DNA from: Nakamurella sp.
GTDB lineage: Bacteria > Actinomycetota > Actinomycetes > Mycobacteriales > Nakamurellaceae
Direction of reading: 5' to 3'
DNA length: 64,000 bases
Assembly: GCA_965277305.1 (NCBI GenBank)
Contig: CBDICH010000005.1
Location: 368,671 to 432,670, forward strand
Below the pieces are notes generated by a model. It saw only the letters and a program-made list of their open reading frames with translations, made no database searches and was not told the DNA's origin. A program made the position numbers and the translations under genes. Shown piece after piece: positions 19,827 through 28,098 of this stretch (the first letter of the stretch is position 1; each line of letters opens with the position of its first letter).

Positions 19827-21350
19827 CTACCGCCGGCGGGGGGACTTCCGTGGTGGCGGGAGGGCACCTTCAGCGCGCAGCCGGGTCGCATGACCGACGA
19901 GCGCCTCGACCAGCGAGGCCAGATCCGGCGATTCGGGCTGGACGTCGACGCGCAACCCGAACTCCCGAGCCGTCTCGGCCGTCTTCGGGCCGAGACACGC
20001 GACGATCGATCGGGCGTGCGGCTTGCCCGCGATGCCGACCAGATTGCGGACGGTCGACGACGAGGTGAAGCACACGGCGTCGAATCCGCCGGCCTTGATG
20101 GCCTCGCGGATGGTCGCCGCCGGTGGAGCCGCGCGCACCGTGCGGTAGGCGGTCACGTCGTCGATCTCCCAGCCGCGCTCGCGGAGCCCTTCGGCCAGGG
20201 TCTCGGTGGCGATGTCCGCCCTGGGCAGCAGCACCCGGTCGACCGGGTCCAGGATGTCGTCGAACTCCGGGAAGTCGTCGAGCAGGCCGACCGAGAATTC
20301 GGGGTGACCGGACACGAGCTCGGGATTGATGCCCAGCGCCTTGACCGCGTCACCTGTCGCGTTGTCGACGCAGGCGATCTTGACGCCGGCGAAGGCCCGC
20401 GCATCCAGGCCGAACTCGGTGAACTTCTCCCAGACGGCCCGCACGGAATTGATCGAGGTGAACACCACCCACTGGTAGCGACCATCGACCAGACCCTTGA
20501 CCGCCCGTTCCATCTGGGCCGGGGTGCGAGGTGGCTCGACGGCGATGGTCGGCACCCGTTCCGGGATGGCACCGTGGGTGCGCAACAGGTCGACCATCAG
20601 CTCGCTGGAGTCCCTGGTCTGCGGGATCAGCACCCGCCAGCCGTAGAGTGCCCGCGATTCCCACCAGGACAACCGTTGCCGCGCAGCAGCACTGGCCCCG
20701 ACGGCGACGACCAGCGGTCCGGTCAGATCACGACCCATCCCGTCCAGCCCGGCCAGCGTGCCGTCGATGGTGCGCTGGGTCGGCAGAGATGCGCCGGCGG
20801 TGACCGAGGTCGGCGTTTCCGCGGCGAACCCGGACTCGGCCAAGGAGGCGGCGGTGTCGGCCAGGTGGCCGCCCGAGGCCTGGAGCAGCAGGGTTCCCGG
20901 CGCCGCTGCGAGGCGGGACCAGTCCGACGTCGACCGGACATCGGCGATCGTGTGGACCGAGCCGACCGCGATGCCGGCGTAGCACGCCGCGGCGGACGCC
21001 GCGGAGATGCCGGGGACGATGTCGAACGGGACAGCCGTCCTGGCCACGGCCTGCAACTCCTTGACGACCGAGTCGACCGTGAGCACGTCGCCGGCGACCA
21101 GCCGGACCACCGCCTGTCCCGTCTTCGCGGCGGCGATGAGCACCTTGGCGACCTCTACCGCCTCGCCGACCGCGGGGTGCACCTCGGCGTTGGTCGCCAA
21201 CGCGACCACGGCGGCGGGGACATCGGAGTCGGTGACCAACAGAGCTGCAGCCGAGAGCGCCTCGACCGAGCGCACCGTCAACAGGCCGGGGTCGCCGGGG
21301 CCGGCCCCGACGAAGATGATGCGGCCGCCAGTCCTTCGTGCGCGGGTCAT
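19827..21350 (-). CDS. hemD: Bifunctional uroporphyrinogen-III C-methyltransferase / uroporphyrinogen-III synthase
   Basis: FVGAGPGDPGLLT, LSWWESRALYGWRVL, FTSSSTVRNL. Confidence 0.93.
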   Translation of the reverse strand: MTRARRTGGRIIFVGAGPGDPGLLTVRSVEALSAAALLVTDSDVPAAVVALATNAEVHPAVGEAVEVAKVLIAAAKTGQAVVRLVAGDVLTVDSVVKELQAVARTAVPFDIVPGISAASAAACYAGIAVGSVHTIADVRSTSDWSRLAAAPGTLLLQASGGHLADTAASLAESGFAAETPTSVTAGASLPTQRTIDGTLAGLDGMGRDLTGPLVVAVGASAAARQRLSWWESRALYGWRVLIPQTRDSSELMVDLLRTHGAIPERVPTIAVEPPRTPAQMERAVKGLVDGRYQWVVFTSINSVRAVWEKFTEFGLDARAFAGVKIACVDNATGDAVKALGINPELVSGHPEFSVGLLDDFPEFDDILDPVDRVLLPRADIATETLAEGLRERGWEIDDVTAYRTVRAAPPAATIREAIKAGGFDAVCFTSSSTVRNLVGIAGKPHARSIVACLGPKTAETAREFGLRVDVQPESPDLASLVEALVGHATRLRAEGALPPPRKSPRRR

Positions 21351-21534
21351 GACCTGCTCCTTACCTGACTACGTCGATATTCGCCGACACGAGGCCGACC
21401 GGTGTGCGGTGCGTCTTGCATAAAAAGGTGAGCGCTGAACTCGGGCGAATCCAGGACGGCGCGGTCGGGAACGACGGTGTCGAGCCCGCTGCGGCATGCG
21501 CTGGGCCTACAAGTACCAGTGGAATGCGACGGGC

Positions 21535-22245
21535 TCATGAACTCGCGACCCCCGCAATCCGGGACGTTTCGTGAAATGCCAGCATCTGGAGCTCGAGTGC
21601 CAGGTCGACCCGCCGCACCTCGACGCCGTCCGGTACGACGACCATGCCGGGGGCAAAGTTGAGGATCGAGAAGATCCCGGCGGCCACCAGGGCGTCGGCC
21701 GCCGCCTGAGCTGCGGATTCCGGAGTCGCGATCAGGCCGATGGTGATCGACTGGGCCGGGCAGACCGCCGACAGGTCGGCCAGGTGACGGACGACCAGCC
21801 CGTTCACCGGGCGGCCGATCTTCTCGGGATCGATGTCGAAGAGCGCGGCGATGTCGAAGCCCCGTCCGGCGAAACCGGCGTAGCCGACCAGTGCCTGACC
21901 CAGATTCCCGACGCCGACGAGCGCGACGGCGAATGCGTGGTGGGCGCCCAGCACCCGGCGGATCTCGTCGATCAGCGTGCCCGCGTCGTAACCCACGCCG
22001 CGGACGCCATGGCTGCCGAGGAAGGACAGGTCGCGACGCAATCCGGCCGGATTGACGCCGGCCGCGGCGGCCAGTTCGGCGGACGACACGATGTCGTGAT
22101 GATCTGGGCCACCGCCCGGTATCGGCTCACGGTCGGTCAGTACCCGCAGGTAGACGGCCAATCTGGCCACCGTGGCCTCGGGGATGACACGCGAGCGGGC
22201 AGGACGAGCGGACCCGCCCGTATCCCCGCCCGCCTGCCCTGTCAT
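21535..22245 (-). CDS. rex: Redox-sensing transcriptional repressor Rex
   Basis: IPEATVARLAVY, LRRDLS, RGVGY, GVGNLG, ILNFAP. Confidence 0.93.
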   Translation of the reverse strand: MTGQAGGDTGGSARPARSRVIPEATVARLAVYLRVLTDREPIPGGGPDHHDIVSSAELAAAAGVNPAGLRRDLSFLGSHGVRGVGYDAGTLIDEIRRVLGAHHAFAVALVGVGNLGQALVGYAGFAGRGFDIAALFDIDPEKIGRPVNGLVVRHLADLSAVCPAQSITIGLIATPESAAQAAADALVAAGIFSILNFAPGMVVVPDGVEVRRVDLALELQMLAFHETSRIAGVASS

Positions 22246-22505
22246 ATGAGTGCCACCCGATTGACATCTGGAGCACCGGGGTGATACCCCGCCGCTGCTG
22301 GGTCAGCAACCGTGTGCTAGGTCGCCTTGTCCACGCAACACTAGCCAGACGAAACACCAGGAACCAATTCCGTCACGGGCACGCATCCCACATCCCGGGA
22401 ACCGCCACCCATTCGGCCCATGGAGCAACGGTCCACCGTGGCGCTACCGCGCACCCCGCCCCACCCCTCTCCCATCCGGCGCCGCCCCCGGTCGCGGTGT
22501 GCAGA

Positions 22506-22742
22506 CTAGATTCCCAGCGCGCGCTCCAGACGGGCACCGTCGATCCGGAAGTAGCCGTGCTGGACACCGTCGACGAGCACTACCGGCACCATGTCCCCGT
22601 ACTCGGCGCGGAGCTCACGATCGTCGTCGACGTTGATCTCCGTGACTTCCGCACCCGCCGGCCCGGCAGCCGCCAGCACCACGGACCTGGCTTCGTCGCA
22701 CAGGTGACAACCCGGCCTGGTCAACAACGTCACCTGCTTCAC
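22506..22742 (-). CDS. Glutaredoxin-like protein (DUF836)
   Basis: RPGCHLCDEA, YGDMVPVVLVDG; GTG 22742. Confidence 0.9.
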   Translation of the reverse strand: MKQVTLLTRPGCHLCDEARSVVLAAAGPAGAEVTEINVDDDRELRAEYGDMVPVVLVDGVQHGYFRIDGARLERALGI

Positions 22743-22895
22743 GAGGCGCCGCTCTCGCTCGCAGCCGCTCTGTTCACGCCCGGCCATGAGAGTGCCGGGT
22801 TCACGAGGCGCCGCTCTCGCTTGCAGCCGCTCTGTTCACGCCCGGCCATGAGAGTGCCGGGTTCACGAGGCGCCGCTCTCGCTTGCAGCCGCTCT
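22738..22895. repeat. 62-bp tandem repeat x2.5 (MIRU/VNTR-like)
   Basis: Units start at 22738, 22800 and 22862, with one substitution between copies. Confidence 0.95.
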
Positions 22896-24071
22896 TGCGG
22901 CACGCGTGATCTTGTTGAGCGAGCGGGCGATGACCAGGCGCTGGATCTGATTGGTGCCCTCGACGATCTGCAACAGCTTCGCCTCCCGCATATATCTCTC
23001 GACGGGGTAGTCCTCGACGTAGCCCGCCCCGCCGAGCACCTGCACCATGTCCGTGGTCACCGCCATCGCCATGTCGGTGGCGATGAGTTTGGCCATCGCA
23101 GCCTCGGTCGAGAACGGCTTACCGGCATCCTTGCGGCGGGCCGCGTAGAGGTACAGCTGGCGGGCGGAGGCGATCTTCGATGCGGCGTCGGCCAGCAGGA
23201 ACGACACACCCTGGAAGTCGCTGATCAGGCTGCCGAAAGCACGCCGCGTCCTGGCGTATTCGGCCGCCACATCCAGAGCTGCCTGAGCGAGTCCCACCGC
23301 GCAGGCGGCGATGCCGAGCCGACCGGAGTCCAATGCCGACATCGCGATCGAGAAGCCCTTGCCCTCGCCGCCGAGCCGACGGTCGGCATCGACCCTGGCG
23401 TCCTCGAAGCGCACCGAGCTGGTGATGGACGACCGCACGCCCATCTTCTTCTCGTTCGCACCGGAGCTGACGCCGGCCGTCCCGCCCGGCACCAGGAAGG
23501 AGCTGATGCCCCGCGGGCCCGGCTCACCGGTGCGCGCCATCAGCAGGTAGAAGTCGGCCACCGGACCGTGGGTGATCCAGGCCTTCTCCCCGTTGATGAC
23601 GTAGGAGTCGCCGTCCCGGACCGCGCTGGTGACCATCGCTCCGGGGTCACTGCCGCCCTGCGGCTCGGACAGACAGTAGGCACCCAGCAGTTGCCCACCC
23701 AGCAGATCGGGCAACCAGCGCTGCTTCTGCTCCGTCGTCCCGTAGTTGACCAGGCCGTGGCACGCGAGCACGTGCACGCTGACACCCATCGCCACCCCGA
23801 GCCAGGCCCGGGCCAGCTCCTCGACCACCTGCAGATAGACGACCGCGGGCTGATCCCCGCCACCGAACTCCTCGGGGTAGGGCAGCGACAGCAGACCGGC
23901 CGAGCCCAGCGTGGTGAATACCTGACGCGGGAACGCCCCGTCCGCCTCCGCGGCGTTGACCTGCGGCAACAGTTCGCCGCGCACCAGATCACGGGTCAGC
24001 GCGAGCAGATCGGCCGCCTCTTCGGTCGGTAGCTCCCGGTCGATGGCCGCCGGGGCCAGTGGAATGGCCAT
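22863..24071 (-). CDS. Acyl-CoA dehydrogenase
   Basis: CLSEPQGGSD, GEKAWIT, GRLGIAA, LGGAGY, IVEGTNQIQR. Confidence 0.95.
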   Translation of the reverse strand: MAIPLAPAAIDRELPTEEAADLLALTRDLVRGELLPQVNAAEADGAFPRQVFTTLGSAGLLSLPYPEEFGGGDQPAVVYLQVVEELARAWLGVAMGVSVHVLACHGLVNYGTTEQKQRWLPDLLGGQLLGAYCLSEPQGGSDPGAMVTSAVRDGDSYVINGEKAWITHGPVADFYLLMARTGEPGPRGISSFLVPGGTAGVSSGANEKKMGVRSSITSSVRFEDARVDADRRLGGEGKGFSIAMSALDSGRLGIAACAVGLAQAALDVAAEYARTRRAFGSLISDFQGVSFLLADAASKIASARQLYLYAARRKDAGKPFSTEAAMAKLIATDMAMAVTTDMVQVLGGAGYVEDYPVERYMREAKLLQIVEGTNQIQRLVIARSLNKITRAARAAASESGAS

Positions 24072-24134
24072 CGCGGCCACCTTTCTGCTCGAACACACTC
24101 CCGCGCAGGTCCCTCCCGGCAGGACGGACCGCCC

Positions 24135-25937
24135 TCAGAACAGATCGTCGTCCGTATCGTCGTCGCCGCGCCGAGTTCGCTCCCCGGTTCCGGGCAGTCG
24201 ACTGCCCAGTTCCTCCAGCGGAGCGGCGGCCTCCGGCCGGACCTCGGGAGCCGGTACGTCGTCGACCGTCTCCCCGACCGAGTCACCCGAGGCCCCGGTC
24301 TCCGGCTCGATGATCAATGCTTCGGCGGCCACCTCCGCCGACTCGTCGTCGGTCGTCACCGCGGGTTCGAGTGGGCGGCCGGTCCGGTAGAGCGCGCCGA
24401 CCGCTCGCCGGTCGATGCGACCGATCTCGTTGCGGGGCAGGCGATCGACCAGCAGGTAACGCTGCGGCCGTTTGAAGGTCGGCAACCGGGCCGCAACGAA
24501 CTCGTCGAGGTCAGCCGTCGTCGGATGGGTACCCCACAGCGGGACCAGGACCGCGACCACCGCTTCGCCGGCCCGACCGTCCGCACCGACCACTGCGGCA
24601 TCGCGCACGTACGGGTGGGCCACCAGGACGTCTTCGATCTCCCGCGGATACACCGTGAATCCGGCGATCCGGATCGTCTCGGATTCCCGGTCCACCAGGT
24701 GCAGTTCGCCCTTGTCGTCCAGGTAACCGAGATCGCCGGTGGCGAACCAGCCCGCCTCGTCCGGCCCATCGGCGCCGTCGGGCCAGTAGCCGGAGAACAG
24801 GGTCGAACCGCTGATCTGGACACGGCCGACCTCGCCGCCGGCGCCGGCCGTCGCCGCGAGATCGTCGGAGCCGATCTCGGTCAGCTCGTCCGACTGCTCG
24901 TCCACGGATCCGGCGTAGAGGTCCACGCCGTCGTCCCCGACGATCCGCAGCTCGATCCCGGGTAGCGGTAGACCGACGGAGCCGGTCCGGGCCGCGGGCG
25001 TCATCAGGCTGGTGGACACGACCGATGCCGACTCGGAGATCCCGTAGCCCTCCCACACCGGCTGCGCCGTCAGCGCACGGATGGCCGACGAGTCGCCGGG
25101 ATCGAGCGGCGCCGCGCCCGAGGTCATCAACCGAACGGAGGCCAGCGCTCGCTCCACCCCGTGGACCTTGGTCAGCCTCCGATACAGGCTCGGCGCTCCT
25201 GGAACCACCGTGACCCGTTGGGATCGGATGGTCGACAACACCGCATCCACCCAGGTGCGTTCGGCCGTCGGCGCATCCGGGATGACGGCGGCCCCACCCA
25301 CGGCGCACAGTGGCAGGAAGGCGGTGACCCAACCGGCCAGATGGTAGGCGGGCAGTACCAGGATGGCCCGGTCCTCGGACCGCAGGTGCAGGCTCGGTGC
25401 GCTGGCGATCGCCGCCACCGCCGAGAGCACGGCCCGGTGCGAGACCATCACCGGCCGATCGCTGCTGGCCGCCCTGGCCAGGATCGCGACGTCCTCCCCG
25501 CCGGCGAGCGGCTCGAACGTATCCGCCTCCGCGCCCCACCAGGCGGTCACCTGCTCCGGGCGAACGACCACGGCCGTGTCGATGACTGACTGGCCGGCGA
25601 TCGCCCCGCGCGCGGACACCCGGTCGACGATCTGTGCGAGTCCGGCGCGTGACGGCCCGATCGGCACCGCCACCATCCCCGCCCTGGATACCGCGAACAT
25701 CGCGGCGATGAGGTCGGCCGAGGTGTCCAACGACACGAGGACCCGGTCACCGGGCGCCAATCCGGCGGCCACCAGGGCCCGGCTGCCGTGATCCACCGCC
25801 CGGTCCAACTCTTTCCAGGACCGAATGCTATCGGAGGCGAGAATCGCCGGGCGATCGGGAAACATCGTCCCCGCGGTACGCAGCAGGTCGGACACGTTTG
25901 CCGGCGCGCCGCGCTCGGTGCTGCTTGCTGACGTCAT
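24135..25937 (-). CDS. AMP-binding (ANL superfamily) protein with degenerate catalytic motifs
   Basis: SGAAPL, GYGISE, GSVGLPLPG, ATGDLG and VYPREIE are present; the P-loop and A10 Lys are not. Confidence 0.85.
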   Translation of the reverse strand: MTSASSTERGAPANVSDLLRTAGTMFPDRPAILASDSIRSWKELDRAVDHGSRALVAAGLAPGDRVLVSLDTSADLIAAMFAVSRAGMVAVPIGPSRAGLAQIVDRVSARGAIAGQSVIDTAVVVRPEQVTAWWGAEADTFEPLAGGEDVAILARAASSDRPVMVSHRAVLSAVAAIASAPSLHLRSEDRAILVLPAYHLAGWVTAFLPLCAVGGAAVIPDAPTAERTWVDAVLSTIRSQRVTVVPGAPSLYRRLTKVHGVERALASVRLMTSGAAPLDPGDSSAIRALTAQPVWEGYGISESASVVSTSLMTPAARTGSVGLPLPGIELRIVGDDGVDLYAGSVDEQSDELTEIGSDDLAATAGAGGEVGRVQISGSTLFSGYWPDGADGPDEAGWFATGDLGYLDDKGELHLVDRESETIRIAGFTVYPREIEDVLVAHPYVRDAAVVGADGRAGEAVVAVLVPLWGTHPTTADLDEFVAARLPTFKRPQRYLLVDRLPRNEIGRIDRRAVGALYRTGRPLEPAVTTDDESAEVAAEALIIEPETGASGDSVGETVDDVPAPEVRPEAAAPLEELGSRLPGTGERTRRGDDDTDDDLF

Positions 25938-26128
25938 CTCACCCCGATGGATTTCGCTGCGGTCCGGTGGCCGGGACGCTCGCGCAGCGCCCCGGAGCCT
26001 CCACTCGGTCCGACGATAGTCGTTGGCCGTCCGAGCTGACCGCGAGCGCCACCCGCGGCGGTTGCGCCACACCGTCAGGCGTCGCTGGCTAGTCTGGACC
26101 GACACCAGCAGCAGAAGGGGCCACCGCA

Positions 26129-27037
26129 GTGAGAATCTCGCGAGCAGGGAAGTCCCGCGAGGACGCCGCACGCGCCGAGATCGCCGGGGAGGCCTCGGCC
26201 GAGGCGGCGTACCAGGCGGTCCACGTCGGCGACGAATTCTCCGAACCGGCACCCGTACTGCCCGGCGCGGACCTGACCGCCGCTGCCTTCTTCGACGTCG
26301 ACAACACGATGATGCAGGGGGCCTCGGTCTTCCACTTCGCCCGTGGGCTGGCCGCCCGGAAGTTCTTCACCACCGGAGATCTGGTCAGGTTCGCGGTCCG
26401 GCAGGTCAAGTTCCGGATCGGCGGCGAAGCTCTGGTTGACGCTTCGGACGCCCGGGAGGAGGCCCTGTCATTCGTGGCCGGGCGGAGCGTGGCTCAGATC
26501 GTCTCGCTCGGCGAGGAGATCTACGACGAGCTGATGGCGGACAAGATCTACCCGGGCACCCGCGAGTTGGCCCAGCGTCACCTCGATGCCGGCCAGCGGG
26601 TCTGGCTGGTCACCGCCACGCCGGTGGAGCTCGCACAGATCATCGGACGCAGACTCGGCCTGACCGGAGCGCTGGGCACGGTGGCAGCGACCGAGGACGG
26701 CATCTACACCGGACGCCTGGTCGGCGAACTGCTGCACGGCAAGGCCAAAGCCGCGGCGGTGCGGGCTTTGGCCGCGCGCGAGGGCCTCGACCTCCGGCGG
26801 TGCACCGCCTACTCCGACTCGATCAACGACGTGCCCATGCTGTCGGTGGTCGGCACTGCGGTGGCGGTCAACCCCGACGGGCAGTTGCGGGACATCGCGC
26901 GGCGGCGGCGCTGGCAGATCTACGACTACCGGTCCGGCCGCAAGGCGGCGAAGATCGGCGTGCCGTCGGTGTTGGGTGCTGCCGCGGTCGGCGGTCTGAT
27001 CGCGGGCGGGTTCGCCGTACGCCGTCGGCAGCGGTAG
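26129..27037 (+). CDS. HAD-IB family hydrolase (SerB1-like)
   Basis: [27 protein letters not shown]. Confidence 0.92.
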   Translation: MRISRAGKSREDAARAEIAGEASAEAAYQAVHVGDEFSEPAPVLPGADLTAAAFFDVDNTMMQGASVFHFARGLAARKFFTTGDLVRFAVRQVKFRIGGEALVDASDAREEALSFVAGRSVAQIVSLGEEIYDELMADKIYPGTRELAQRHLDAGQRVWLVTATPVELAQIIGRRLGLTGALGTVAATEDGIYTGRLVGELLHGKAKAAAVRALAAREGLDLRRCTAYSDSINDVPMLSVVGTAVAVNPDGQLRDIARRRRWQIYDYRSGRKAAKIGVPSVLGAAAVGGLIAGGFAVRRRQR

Positions 27038-27066
27038 CCGCCGATCGGGGAAATGCTCGGGGCCTG

Positions 27067-28098
27067 TCAGCCGAGGAACGGATGGCCGCGGCGCAGCAGC
27101 AATCGATAGAGCGACTGCTGGATGGTTTCCCGGACCCGGTCGGCCAGGTTGAAGACCACCATCGGGTCCTCGGCCGCTCCTTCTGGAAGATGATCGGTCG
27201 GAATGGGGTCACCGAATTCGATCAGCCACTTGCTGGGCAGCGGCACCGCACCGAGCGGTCCGAGCCACGGGAACGTCGGGGTGACCGGGAAGTACGGGAG
27301 CCCGAGCGCTCTAGCCAGTGGCTTGATGTTCGCCAGCATCGGGTAGATCTCCTCCGCACCGACGATGGCGCAGGGCACGATCGGCACCCCGGCCCCCACC
27401 GCCGCGGAGACGAACCCGCCGCGGCCGAAACGCTGCAGTTTGTAGCGCTGAGAGAACGGCTTGCCGACGCCCTTGAATCCCTCCGGAAAGACGGAGACCG
27501 CCTCGCCGGAATCCAGGAGACGCTGGGCATCCTCGTTGCAGGCCAACGTGTTTCCGGCCCGACGAGCCAGCGGGCCCAGAATCGGGGTGTCGAAGACGAG
27601 GTCGGCGCCGAGCATACGCAACGGCCGGTGCGCCGGGTGGTGGTCGTGCACGGCCAGGGACAGCATCAGCGCGTCGATGGCTACGGTCCCGGAGTGGTTG
27701 GCCACCAGCAGCGCCCCACCGACCTCCGGAACGTTCTCGATACCGATGGTCTCGACGCGGAACCACTTCTCGTAGAGCAGGCGCAACGGCGGAAGGACCA
27801 CGTGTTCGGTGAAATCGGGGTCGTACCCGAAGTCGTCGATCTCGTACTCCCCCGTCAGGCGGCGGCGCAGGAACGCCAGCGAACCGGCCACATTCCGCTT
27901 CCAACCGACTTCCGATTCGACGCCGCCGGGCGCCTCGAACGCGCCGGAGGGACCAGTACGGTCGGTCGCCTCGGAGGTCGCAGGTGTTGCCGTGGTTGAT
28001 GTCTCAGCCATCAACTGGGATTCGGCACCCGGGACGGCGGGCGACTCACCCGAATCGCCCGTACCGCCAGTACCACCGTTGTTGCTGTGGCTGCTCAT
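27067..28098 (-). CDS. Lysophospholipid acyltransferase family protein
   Basis: VANHSGTVAID, FPEGFKG, FGRGGF. Confidence 0.92.
   Translation of the reverse strand: MSSHSNNGGTGGTGDSGESPAVPGAESQLMAETSTTATPATSEATDRTGPSGAFEAPGGVESEVGWKRNVAGSLAFLRRRLTGEYEIDDFGYDPDFTEHVVLPPLRLLYEKWFRVETIGIENVPEVGGALLVANHSGTVAIDALMLSLAVHDHHPAHRPLRMLGADLVFDTPILGPLARRAGNTLACNEDAQRLLDSGEAVSVFPEGFKGVGKPFSQRYKLQRFGRGGFVSAAVGAGVPIVPCAIVGAEEIYPMLANIKPLARALGLPYFPVTPTFPWLGPLGAVPLPSKWLIEFGDPIPTDHLPEGAAEDPMVVFNLADRVRETIQQSLYRLLLRRGHPFLG

Noticed and set aside
22738-22895. Possible CRISPR array
   Set aside because: The sequences between the repeats are identical to each other (a pure tandem repeat) and there are no cas genes
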